25,826 nt of DNA from Candidatus Hermodarchaeota archaeon (GTDB lineage Archaea; Asgardarchaeota; Lokiarchaeia; Sigyniarchaeales; SOKP01). This document shows positions 11,050-20,219 of this stretch, piece after piece. The stretch covers positions 1-25,826 of the forward strand of contig JBHLLG010000037.1 in the NCBI GenBank assembly GCA_048885925.1, in the 5' to 3' direction. Below the pieces are notes generated by a model. The model was not told the DNA's origin, made no database searches, and saw only the letters and a list, made by a program, of their open reading frames with translations. Each line of letters begins with the position of its first letter. The stretch's first letter is position 1. A program made the translations under genes and the position numbers.

Positions 11050-12117
11050 ATGAAATTTACTGAGTATGCAAAGAAGTTCATACCTAAGATTAATGATGCT
11101 ATAAAAAATATTTATGATAAAAAATTAAGTAGTGTTCAAAATTCTTTCTTAAGAGACTACTATTCAGAACTAAAGAACTACTTCCTTTCGGGGGGAAAAA
11201 GAATAAGACCACTATTATGCATAGCTACATATAATGCTTTTAATGAAAATCAAGATGAAAAGATTATTATACCAAGTGTTGGCGTAGAGTTTCTCCATAA
11301 TGCCTCTTTAATTCATGATGACATAATCGATAAAGACGATTTTAGAAGGGGAAAACCTGCTTTTCACTACAGATTCCGAAATTATCATCAAAAATATAAT
11401 TTAAAGAGGATGATTGATATTGACTATGGTAATTCAATAGGTATTATTGGAGGTGATTCAGCATTCTTCTTAGGATTAGAAGCATATCTTTTCAACGATT
11501 TTGAAAAGGATCTTAATTTTAAAGCAATAAATTATTATCAACAAGCCTTCATAGGGATAGTAAATGGAGTATTAATAGAAACAGATATGGTAAACAAGAG
11601 AAATCTAACGATTTCAGATTACATTAAAATGATTTCCTTAAAAACTGGCGCATTAATTGAAAAATCAATTTTAATTGGAGCGAATTATGCTAAATTTGAT
11701 AAGAAATTTCTAAAAGATCTTTCAATTTATGGAATAAACCTTGGAATTATCTTTCAAATTATTGATGATCTCTTAGGTACGTTTGGAGATGAGAAAGTAA
11801 CAGGGAAACCCACTGATGGAGATATCCGAGAAGGTAAAAAGACATGTTTATTAATTGAGGCTTTAAATAAATTAAGCAAACAAGATAAGATTAAGCTTGA
11901 GCAATTAATAGAAAAGATCGATATGTCAAATGAGGATGTTCAAGAAATCAAAAATTTATTTCATAAAGCAAATGTTATTAATTCATGCAAAGAATTAGCA
12001 AATTTATATTATAATGAAGCAAAATTGTCTTTAGATAAATTAAATCCAATAATCAATCAATCTGAAATGGAGTTTTTTGAAAACCTATTAAATTTTGTAC
12101 TTGAAAGAAAATTTTAA
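11050..12117 (+). CDS. Trans-polyprenyl diphosphate synthase (probable GGPP synthase)
   Basis: GGKRIRP, first Asp-rich motif HDDIIDKDDFRRG, KTG and FQIIDDLLG; start at 11050 or 11038. Confidence 0.9.
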   Translation: MKFTEYAKKFIPKINDAIKNIYDKKLSSVQNSFLRDYYSELKNYFLSGGKRIRPLLCIATYNAFNENQDEKIIIPSVGVEFLHNASLIHDDIIDKDDFRRGKPAFHYRFRNYHQKYNLKRMIDIDYGNSIGIIGGDSAFFLGLEAYLFNDFEKDLNFKAINYYQQAFIGIVNGVLIETDMVNKRNLTISDYIKMISLKTGALIEKSILIGANYAKFDKKFLKDLSIYGINLGIIFQIIDDLLGTFGDEKVTGKPTDGDIREGKKTCLLIEALNKLSKQDKIKLEQLIEKIDMSNEDVQEIKNLFHKANVINSCKELANLYYNEAKLSLDKLNPIINQSEMEFFENLLNFVLERKF

Positions 12118-12123
12118 TAATTG

Positions 12124-12150
12124 AAAATAGGGTTAAATTACTCTATTTTT
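12124..12150 (+). terminator. Putative terminator hairpin after the prenyl synthase gene
   Basis: AAAATAGGGT-taaatt-ACTCTATTTT forms a 10-bp stem with one G-U pair, starting 7 nt after the stop. Confidence 0.35.
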
Positions 12151-12211
12151 ATAATTTTATGATAATGTTACGCAATTTTCTCTAAAAACACATATTTATA
12201 AATTCTAATTT

Positions 12212-12670
12212 TTGTTAAAAATATATAATATTGATATTATATTAATTCAATTTCTAAGACATAAATTCCAGGGTTGGCAGAAAATTATCTATTCTAAATA
12301 TGACATTTTAATTGTAGACGATAGTAAATTTATAATAGCGTTATTGAAAGATATTCTAAAATCAAAAGGTTTTACATGTAAAGCAGTTGAAAACACTTCA
12401 AAAGCAATTGAAGAATTAAACCACCATACACCAAAATTAGTATTATTAGATGTAAATTTTCCTGATTCAAATGGATATGAATTTTGTAAAATGCTAAAAT
12501 CTAAGAATGAATTTGGAAATGTATTGATTTATTATTTTACAGGTATTTCCGAAGCTGAAATTGCTGTAAAGACTCTTGAGACACAAGCTGATGGATATTT
12601 AAAAAAACCTTTTGATTTTTCTGATTTTAATGATATTCTTGATCAATTAGAACAAAATAATGCATTATAA
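12212..12670 (+). CDS. Single-domain (CheY-like) response regulator receiver protein
   Basis: ILIVDD, phospho-acceptor LLDV, FTG and KPF motifs. The start is uncertain because there is no in-frame ATG before the domain. Confidence 0.88.
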   Translation: MLKIYNIDIILIQFLRHKFQGWQKIIYSKYDILIVDDSKFIIALLKDILKSKGFTCKAVENTSKAIEELNHHTPKLVLLDVNFPDSNGYEFCKMLKSKNEFGNVLIYYFTGISEAEIAVKTLETQADGYLKKPFDFSDFNDILDQLEQNNAL

Positions 12671-12862
12671 ATAATATTAATTTTATCTTATTTACCTAGG
12701 CGTTTATTATGTTTAATATAAAATCATTCTCCTGATATCACATTAATAGGACAACTTATTTTATGGTTAAATATCAAAAAGAATAAGAAGCAAAATTCAT
12801 AAAAGAATTATTAAAATCAAAATAATTATTAAAATTAGATTAAAAAACTAAGAGCAAATTAA

Positions 12863-13411
12863 ATGTTAGTTGCGATTACTGGAGCATCTGGAGTACATTT
12901 AGCAATTAAACTTTTAGAGAAACTTAGAGAAAAAGGTATCAAAACTGAATTAATTATCTCAAAGAATGCTGAAAAAATAATTTCTGTTGAAACAGATTAT
13001 GAAATTTCAGAAGTTCGAAATATTGCTAATAAAAATTATGAGGTTGATGACTTACTAGCTCCTCCAGCAAGTGGATCTTACAAATTAGAATCTATGATAA
13101 TCATACCATGTTCAATGAAAACTCTTTCTGCAATTGCAAATGGTTATGCTAATAACCTGATTACTAGAGCTGCTGATGTAATCATAAAGGAAAAGAGAAA
13201 ACTAATTCTTGTTGTGCGAGAGACGCCTTTCAGTGCAATTCACTTGCAAAATATGCTTAAATTGGCGAATTTAGGTGTTATAATTTTCCCTCCTATTCCT
13301 CCCTATTACCTTAAACCTAAAAATGTTAATGAACTCATTGAGTTTACTTTAGGGAGAATTTTGGATCAATTAGGGATTGAGAGCAACATTAAAAGATGGG
13401 GAAATCTATGA
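12863..13411 (+). CDS. ubiX: Flavin prenyltransferase UbiX (supplies prFMN to the UbiD-family enzyme)
   Basis: VAITGASG, ASGS, PCSMKTLSAIANG, RAADV..KE.R and RETP motifs. Confidence 0.95.
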   Translation: MLVAITGASGVHLAIKLLEKLREKGIKTELIISKNAEKIISVETDYEISEVRNIANKNYEVDDLLAPPASGSYKLESMIIIPCSMKTLSAIANGYANNLITRAADVIIKEKRKLILVVRETPFSAIHLQNMLKLANLGVIIFPPIPPYYLKPKNVNELIEFTLGRILDQLGIESNIKRWGNL

Positions 13412-13595
13412 TATTATCTCCGGTGTAAAAGACTTATTCGTTTAACTTAGATCTTAACATACATAAAATCTAAACAAAACCACATTAAGTTCAAAAAAAA
13501 TTTAATTTAAAGGATTCCTAGATTTAATTATTAAGATATATTTAAAATAAATTCTTTAGTTCAATAGTTTATTTGCAATTTTAGGAGGGAATCGA

Positions 13596-13982
13596 TTGAA
13601 AGTGCTTCAAGATGTTTGGATTGTCGAAAAATCAGGTATAGTGATTTTTCATAGAGAATTTGATAAATTAGTTTCTCCTCAACTTTTTGGGGCGATGATG
13701 AGTGCTTTAAACATGTTTGCTGAACAATTAGCTGAGGGAGGTTTGTCAAATTTTGAATTGCAAAATTCACGATTCACAATAATAAAGAAAGGTAAGTTAA
13801 TTTTTATCGCTAACTCTTCAAAAAAATATAACCAGAAAAAAGTAAATAAAGAATTAAGAAAGATTTCTGATAAATTCATGAGTCTTTATTCTAAGGAAAT
13901 AGAAAACTTTAAAGGGCAAATAGGAGCATTTTCTAATTTTAAGGATAAAATTGAAGATTCTTTAGAAGATAAACCAAATTAA
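13596..13982 (+). CDS. Stand-alone longin-like domain protein
   Basis: About 128 aa with the pattern LQDVWIVEKSGIVIFHR...PQLFGAMMSAL...beta strands...C-terminal helices; TTG start preceded by AGGAGG. Confidence 0.7.
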   Translation: MKVLQDVWIVEKSGIVIFHREFDKLVSPQLFGAMMSALNMFAEQLAEGGLSNFELQNSRFTIIKKGKLIFIANSSKKYNQKKVNKELRKISDKFMSLYSKEIENFKGQIGAFSNFKDKIEDSLEDKPN

Positions 13983-14111
13983 CTTAACTAAGATATTAGA
14001 TAAACTTAATATTATAAAGTGGACAACAATTGGACTCTTAAAATTTTTAATAAAATAAATTAAAAACTTATCTTAAAAGAACATAAACTAGATTTAATAG
14101 AATAAGATCTA

Positions 14112-14333
14112 ATGAATGAAAAAAAATTAATCCCTGAAGAAATTGCTCTTCAGATTTGTGAAGAAGTAAGAGAAAAGAATAAGTAGAAAAAATTAAGTTT
14201 CGCTTAAGGTCAATGCTGGGGATGCATGAAATATTCAGAAAAAAAGAATGATATTCGACATCGGTGTATTTTTAGCGATGAGAGGAATAGAGGTTGTCAC
14301 CGAGTAAATAGGATTTTTGATTTGAGATATTAG
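14112..14333 (+). pseudogene. Small Cys-rich protein (73 codons) with two in-frame stops
   Basis: One frame reads MNEKKLIPEEIALQICEEVREKNK*KKLSFA*GQCWGCMKYSEKKNDIRHRCIFSDERNRGCHRVNRIFDLRY*, with TAG at 14184-14186 and TAA at 14205-14207. Confidence 0.6.
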
Positions 14334-14356
14334 AAATTATAACCCATTTTAATTTA

Positions 14357-16249
14357 TTATTGATTTATCCATTGATATAATTTTCCCAATAAGACTCTTT
14401 TCTCATGATTATTTTTAAGTTTATCAAGACTCGGGATATTCATTAACCACATTGAGGATCTTAATTCTTGTTTTAAGGTTTTTATCTCTTTGATTGTATT
14501 TGATAAAGTATTATCCTTATAATCTTGCCATGCTGATTTTAGAAATTTGAAGGCAAATCCACCTATATTTGCTCCAATTGAGATTGCTTTAGCAATATCA
14601 ACACCATTTCTCAGACCTCCTGTAGCAATTATTAATTTTTGAGTCACTTTTCTAACATTGATTATACTAATCGGTGTAGGAATACCCCATTCTTTGAATG
14701 TATCTGCAATCTTCCGAGTATATACTTCATAACTATAGTCATCGCGTATTGATTCTATTGCAGCAAAACTCGTACCTCCAGCTCCACCGACATCAAATCC
14801 ATCAAATCCTAATAGATCGAGCTTTAAAGCTAATTCTTTATTAAATCCAGTTCCAACCTCTTTAGCTATAATTGGAATATCTGTGTTTTTTCTTAAATCT
14901 TTAAAATTTGATTCAAAATTTTTATAGGAAATATTTCCATCACTTTGAACTAGTTCATGTAGAGCATTAAAGTGTATAGCCATAGCATCAGCATTGATCA
15001 TCTCAATACACTGTCTAAAGTAATCTAAATTAAATTTTGGATCACACAATTGTCCTATACCCAAATTTCCTATCACAGGAATATTTGGGGCAATCTCGCG
15101 TATAATTGTAAATGAATCGATAGTTGAAGGATCTTCTAATCCGATTCTTTGACTACCAACACTCATAATGATATTTTCAGTTTTTGCGGCATTTGCCAAG
15201 ATATTATTTATTGCTTTAGAAACTTGGTGTCCTCCTGTTATTGCTGCGATACAGATGGGTGCTGAAATCTGTTTTTTGAAGAAATTAATAGAAAGATTGA
15301 TTTCATCTAATTCGATTTCTGGAAGTGGATGGTGGATAAGATTAATGTCATCAAAAAAGTTCTTTGAATGTTGCACATTATACTCTAAAGGTATTTTTAT
15401 ATGTTCTATCTTTCTGTTATACAGTTTATTTGGACTAATTTTTTCAGATGTAATTTCTATATTAGTACATTTTATTTTTTGATTAAGTAAAGCTTTCAGA
15501 ATATTGTCATTTTTTTTTCCATTGATAATTTGAACGGGGATATTTAATTTTATAATTTCTTCAATTTCTGATAATTTGCCTTTTATCCCACCAGTAACAT
15601 CTATTTTTTGATCTAATTGTGCTAATTCTATATTAGCTAAATCATTAAGCGTTAGCTTTAGAGCTAATTTTTCTTTCCCATTATCCTTAACATATATACC
15701 ATCCTCTTCTATGGCAAATATAACCTTTGAGATCTTGAACTCTCCAAGTTTTTCACACAATTTTGAAATGATACGATCTCCTGAAAGAATTGAAAATGAA
15801 TAATCCTTACTAAGTAAAATATCTCCATATAGGACAGGAATAATTCCAAGTTCAATTAATTTCTCAATTGGCTCAACAGATTTAAGTACAATTTCATTAA
15901 AATCGTGTATAAAAATACTGGAAGGTTGAATTGAAATCGCTGGGCATCCTTTATCCAATAATTTGTTTATAATTATTGAATTAAATCTAATCATAGCCTC
16001 ATGGGTTTTAGAAAGACCTATTATTTGATCTTTTATAGTAGCATTCAATCCTTGAGAAATTTGATATTTTTTAGCAACAGGATGACCAAAAGATCCACCT
16101 CCATGTACTAAAATGATAGATTTTTTGCTTTCAATGATTTGATCAAGACAGCTTTCTAAAATTTCATCTCTAAATGAAAATGGTTTATTTTTATCTGTTA
16201 ATAAACTTCCACCTAACTTTAATATAAATATCTCCTTAGGGTTTTTCAA
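14357..16249 (-). CDS. fni: Fusion of isopentenyl phosphate kinase and type 2 isopentenyl-diphosphate isomerase
   Basis: IPK half has LKLGGSLLTDK, HGGGSFGH, SGD and DVTGG. IDI-2 half has RKIEH, ITGG, GSQR, KEVG, GAGGTS, WGIPT and TGGLR. TTG at 16249 lies 7 nt after AGGTGA and is preferred over 16270. Confidence 0.92.
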   Translation of the reverse strand: MKNPKEIFILKLGGSLLTDKNKPFSFRDEILESCLDQIIESKKSIILVHGGGSFGHPVAKKYQISQGLNATIKDQIIGLSKTHEAMIRFNSIIINKLLDKGCPAISIQPSSIFIHDFNEIVLKSVEPIEKLIELGIIPVLYGDILLSKDYSFSILSGDRIISKLCEKLGEFKISKVIFAIEEDGIYVKDNGKEKLALKLTLNDLANIELAQLDQKIDVTGGIKGKLSEIEEIIKLNIPVQIINGKKNDNILKALLNQKIKCTNIEITSEKISPNKLYNRKIEHIKIPLEYNVQHSKNFFDDINLIHHPLPEIELDEINLSINFFKKQISAPICIAAITGGHQVSKAINNILANAAKTENIIMSVGSQRIGLEDPSTIDSFTIIREIAPNIPVIGNLGIGQLCDPKFNLDYFRQCIEMINADAMAIHFNALHELVQSDGNISYKNFESNFKDLRKNTDIPIIAKEVGTGFNKELALKLDLLGFDGFDVGGAGGTSFAAIESIRDDYSYEVYTRKIADTFKEWGIPTPISIINVRKVTQKLIIATGGLRNGVDIAKAISIGANIGGFAFKFLKSAWQDYKDNTLSNTIKEIKTLKQELRSSMWLMNIPSLDKLKNNHEKRVLLGKLYQWINQ

Positions 16250-16262
16250 ATATAATTCACCT

Positions 16263-17229
16263 TCATCCAATTAGGGTTTTCCATGCTTCATATCCTTCTT
16301 TTTTAATGGCTATAACAATTTTATTTTGTATTTTTTTATTTTCGGCTAAAGCTATAACTAAACCTCCTCGTCCAGTTCCAGTCAATTTAGCGCCAATCGA
16401 TCCATTTTTTAATGCAATTTCAACTAATAGATCATTAATTTCTCTAGAAACAGTTATATCTTGTAATAATTTATGGTTTTGATACATTAATTTTCCAATA
16501 GCAGGAATATCTCCTTTTATTAAAGCTTTTTTTGCTTTTGCTGCTAACTTTTCATACTCACTAAAAATTTTTTCAAATTTATTTGGATCCTCTTCCTTTA
16601 AACGTCGAACATCAGCTACTACTTCTGTTGTTGAGGCTGTTATCCCTGAATTTATTATAACTAAAGGAATTTTTTTTTGCGATTTAAGAAGATCCATGGT
16701 ATTTTTTCCCCCACTTAAATTTTTAACAAACCAAATCAAACCTCCATAAGTAGAAGCTGTATTATCAATCCCTGAAGGAGTGCCATGATAGGCTTTCTCT
16801 CCTTCATAGGCAGCTTGGTTTATTTTTTCTTCGCTTAGATTAAGATTAAATGTATTATTCAAAGCTCGAGAAAGTGATACACATTGAGCTGCTGAAGCTC
16901 CCACTCCACTAGTCGCGATCAAGTCACCAGAAAAAGTTATTTCAAGCTTCTGATTTTCTACATCGATTTTCAAATGTTCAATTACATTTTTAATTGATTC
17001 TTGTGCCTCATTGAATTTCTGCTTTTTATAACCTGGAGTTGCTGGTCTTTGATCATCAACCATCCAACCACTACCAGGAACTACTTTAACTTCCGCAGTT
17101 GTGGAAGACCCTAATGCCGATGCAATTGCGGGAAGACCATACACAACGAAATGATTGCGTTTATTTCCGAGTTGGAAAATAAAATTCGCCAAAAAGTATG
17201 GTTTTACCGTATCCCTTTCCAGTTCCCAT
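16263..17229 (-). CDS. mvk: Mevalonate kinase, split by a 31-nt putative intron (exon 1 17229-17185, exon 2 17153-16263; 311 aa spliced)
   Basis: ATG at 17229 directly follows the upstream TGA and reads MGTGKGYGKTILFGE. The sequence resumes in another frame as HFVVYGLPAIA. SGVGASAA, HGTPSGIDN and GAKLTGTGRGG motifs are intact. Confidence 0.93.
17154..17184 (-). other. Putative bulge-helix-bulge intron (31 nt) in mvk
   Basis: Insert TTTTATTTTCCAACTCGGAAATAAACGCAAT. Intron stem TTTATTTTCC/GGAAATAAA, central helix GGCG/CGCA, bulges AA^T and AT^C. Removal restores GE-H. Confidence 0.8.
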
Positions 17230-17619
17230 TCATTTCACTTCCACGGTTCCTTCAGAACCATTAACAACTATTTTTTGTCCAGTCTTTATATTATTTATAT
17301 CAATTTGGTCTACGCAAGGAATTTCGCTAATGATACACCCTACAGCAACTATTGTATCGATTTGCTTATTAACTATTGCTGCAGGAGCTGTGTTGTTCTT
17401 TTTCATTCTATACATAGTATAAGAACCTACTGTTGATCCTTTACCTGTTGGAAAAACTAAAATCTTCCCTGTTATTGATTGACCTTCAATTTCATGTCCA
17501 ACTTCAACAATTTTCCCAGAATCGGGGTCAACACCACCATAAAATGAAATTCCATCCTTTGTTACAATTGCTTCTGCTTCTGCCATACCTTTATATATCT
17601 TTCTTCCTTCCATCTTCAT
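17230..17619 (-). CDS. Phosphomevalonate dehydratase small subunit (AcnX swivel domain, DUF126)
   Basis: ISFYGGVDPDSG, GQSITGKILVFPTGKGSTVGSY motifs; ATGA overlap with the large subunit gene. Confidence 0.92.
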   Translation of the reverse strand: MKMEGRKIYKGMAEAEAIVTKDGISFYGGVDPDSGKIVEVGHEIEGQSITGKILVFPTGKGSTVGSYTMYRMKKNNTAPAAIVNKQIDTIVAVGCIISEIPCVDQIDINNIKTGQKIVVNGSEGTVEVK

Positions 17620-18809
17620 TTTATTGCTTCCTCCACACAGTCCTCAATTGAACCAATTTTTACTTTAAATTTATTTTTTGCTCGACCATAATAACACGCT
17701 TTTGCTGAATCTACCATTATTCCATTGAAACGTCCCTTAATTGGAGCAACTACACAACAAGTATCCGCAGCAAACTTAGCTCCTGCAGTTTCAATTATTT
17801 TAGAATAACCAGCTTCGTCAGCTATTCTTTTTGTAGGTCGCGCTGTTGTAATCCAAAATTCCTTTTTTACTCTCTTCCCCTTTAAAAGGTTAGCAATCTT
17901 TTCAATTTCATAAATTGACGCATGAGGACAACCTATACTAACAAAATCTATTTCAGAATCATCGTCAATAAGTTCTGTTCGTGCTTTATCCAGATCTTCC
18001 TGGTTTATTTCAAAAAATATGTTACTTGGTTTAGGATATTTATTATATTCTGGAGTTATTCCTTCCATATGGAATAATGCTGTTCCACCATAAGTTGCGA
18101 TAGAAGCACAAAATGATTTAAGCTCCTCAACAGTTGTATTGTTAATTCCAGTTATATATGGAATTTTTTTTCCTAATTCAACCAACTTAGTTCCAATAAT
18201 TTTACCCAACACACCAAATTCATCTGTACCTTTAAGGGGGATATTAACTTTGACTAAAACTTCCCCATGACGATTTTCATCTAAATGATACCCATATTTT
18301 GGCGTTTTCCCAGTAATAGCAGAAGCTAATGCACTCGGACCCCCTTCACGGTTAGTTCGAGCACCAATAACCGAATTAGCATAACAAACAGCACTACTTT
18401 CAGCCCAAGCAATATGTTGACCAAAATGTGGCGTATTTCCTATTAAGTATGGTGTACATGAGCACGTTGTAATTATACCCATTTTAGCAAAAGCATCAAT
18501 TGCGCGATTTTGATTTTTTGCAAAATCTTTATCAATTCCTAAGGCTTGCCAATTTTCTCGGTCCATTCCAGCTGGATTTAAGGTTGTTAAAACTCTAACC
18601 TTCCCATCTTCTGCCATTTCACTCAAGAATTCTAAACCCGCTTCTCCAAGATTATCATATGAAACTCCGGCTATTTGGACACCATAAACATCGACCATAC
18701 ACTCAGCCTCAAATATATCACCTAAAGTGGTTAGTATCTCCATTGATTTTTGAGCTGCTCTTCCAAATTTCCCATCTAGCATTTCCTGTTCTTCTGAGGT
18801 TAATTTCAT
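17616..18809 (-). CDS. Phosphomevalonate dehydratase large subunit (AcnX catalytic domain, DUF521)
   Basis: TTLNP, CSCTPY, WAESSAV.YANSV.GARTNREG, GCPH and DTC motifs; mevalonate operon context; AGGTGA upstream. Confidence 0.92.
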   Translation of the reverse strand: MKLTSEEQEMLDGKFGRAAQKSMEILTTLGDIFEAECMVDVYGVQIAGVSYDNLGEAGLEFLSEMAEDGKVRVLTTLNPAGMDRENWQALGIDKDFAKNQNRAIDAFAKMGIITTCSCTPYLIGNTPHFGQHIAWAESSAVCYANSVIGARTNREGGPSALASAITGKTPKYGYHLDENRHGEVLVKVNIPLKGTDEFGVLGKIIGTKLVELGKKIPYITGINNTTVEELKSFCASIATYGGTALFHMEGITPEYNKYPKPSNIFFEINQEDLDKARTELIDDDSEIDFVSIGCPHASIYEIEKIANLLKGKRVKKEFWITTARPTKRIADEAGYSKIIETAGAKFAADTCCVVAPIKGRFNGIMVDSAKACYYGRAKNKFKVKIGSIEDCVEEAIK

Positions 18810-18824
18810 TTTTCACTCTTCACC

Positions 18825-20138
18825 TTAAAAATATTTGCTAATATCTACTTTTGGAAATTCTGCAATTTCAAAATTCTTACCTTTTACAACAAGTGGTTTA
18901 GTTAAATCAAAACCAATTTTTGTGGTCATCTTTGTTCCCGGCTCAGCACTCGGATCTAAACTGCTTCCTGGTTCTTTATCTTTAACTATCATTCTTGTAT
19001 CTCCTTGAAAGCGAGTCGCCATTGCCCATTCTACAGATAAAGGATCATAGATATTGATATCTTTATCAACAATAAAGGCATGCTTGCAGCTTGTATGACC
19101 TGTAAAAGTTCCCTCTATTGCTTTTTTTCCATCCTCCTCTGACATTTTATCAATTTGAACTATAGCATGTAACCAAGAAGACCCACCAGGACTAATATTT
19201 ACATCTAAACACTTTACTCCCAATTCATTTACCTTGTTGAATATTGTTGGTTCACGGGGCATACCCATTAGTATCTTATGTTCGAGAGCACCTGGTAAGA
19301 GAGCTTGCCAAATCGCATCCTTTCGATGGGTAATTCTTTTTACCTCAAAGATGGGCTCTTGTCTTATAATGTCATAAGTTTCGGTCAGGTCAACAAAAGG
19401 TCCCTCTGAATGTTTTTCTTCCAAGTAAACACGTCCCTCCAATACAAATTCAGCTTCTGCAGGAATAAGAAGATCTACAGAATTTGCCTTTGTTACTTTA
19501 ATAGGTTCTAAGGCATTAGCTATTTCTAACTCATTGACTCCAATATCTACCGAAGTTGCTCCAGCAATTAATATATTCGGAGTATTTCCTATACAGAAAG
19601 CGACATCTAGTTCACCGTTTTTTTCTAAAAATTTATGGAAGTGCCGACCACTTACAATTCGAGTAGAAAATTTGTTTTTAGAAAATTGCATTGCTCTATG
19701 GAAGTCTAGATTTTGACCATAGTCTGGATCTTGAGTAACAACAACAGCAGAACTAATATAATTTCCACCATCCTTTTCACAATGAAATAAAATTGGCAGT
19801 TTGTCTAAATCAATATTTGATTCAATAACTTGTTGACAGGGAGCATTAGTGACTACTTCTGGTTTTGAACGTTCTTTGATTGCTTTTGAGAGCATTGGTA
19901 TGAGATCTGCGGGAGTAACACCAAAATATGATGCAATTACATTTTTCGTGCAAAATACGTTACCAACAACACGAAATTCAGATTCTCTAACATTATTAAA
20001 TATTACTGGAGTTGGCTCAATTTCTTTTAATATTCCCGCGATTTCTAATTTTTTTGATACTTCAAGATTTACTTTTCGAAGAAGACCATCTTCATCAATT
20101 TGGTTTATGTATTCTCTAAATCCCATATTATTACTCAT
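18825..20138 (-). CDS. UbiD-family decarboxylase, probable trans-anhydromevalonate 5-phosphate decarboxylase
   Basis: PAEAEFVLEG, EGPFVD, VDKDINIYD, WAMATRFQ and GSSLDPS motifs; adjacent to the AcnX genes and mvk. Confidence 0.9.
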   Translation of the reverse strand: MSNNMGFREYINQIDEDGLLRKVNLEVSKKLEIAGILKEIEPTPVIFNNVRESEFRVVGNVFCTKNVIASYFGVTPADLIPMLSKAIKERSKPEVVTNAPCQQVIESNIDLDKLPILFHCEKDGGNYISSAVVVTQDPDYGQNLDFHRAMQFSKNKFSTRIVSGRHFHKFLEKNGELDVAFCIGNTPNILIAGATSVDIGVNELEIANALEPIKVTKANSVDLLIPAEAEFVLEGRVYLEEKHSEGPFVDLTETYDIIRQEPIFEVKRITHRKDAIWQALLPGALEHKILMGMPREPTIFNKVNELGVKCLDVNISPGGSSWLHAIVQIDKMSEEDGKKAIEGTFTGHTSCKHAFIVDKDINIYDPLSVEWAMATRFQGDTRMIVKDKEPGSSLDPSAEPGTKMTTKIGFDLTKPLVVKGKNFEIAEFPKVDISKYF

Positions 20139-20219
20139 TTCAAAAATTTAATTCTTATAATATAATTATTACTATTTTCAATAATTTTTAGAAGAGTTAC
20201 AGAAACACTTTTTATAAAA

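Noticed and set aside
12688-12800. Minus-strand fragment reading KISCPINVISGE*
   Set aside because: It could be a decayed gene remnant but is too short and stop-ridden to support.
17154-17184. Inserts interpreted as MITE/IS footprints or tandem duplications
   Set aside because: There is no target-site duplication, no copy of flanking sequence, no extended sequence identity between the two inserts and no transposase in the window.
17154-17192. ORF-track start of mvk (TTG, MANFIFQLGNKRN)
   Set aside because: It reads through the insert and omits the conserved GKxILFGE segment, which is encoded from ATG 17229 in another frame.
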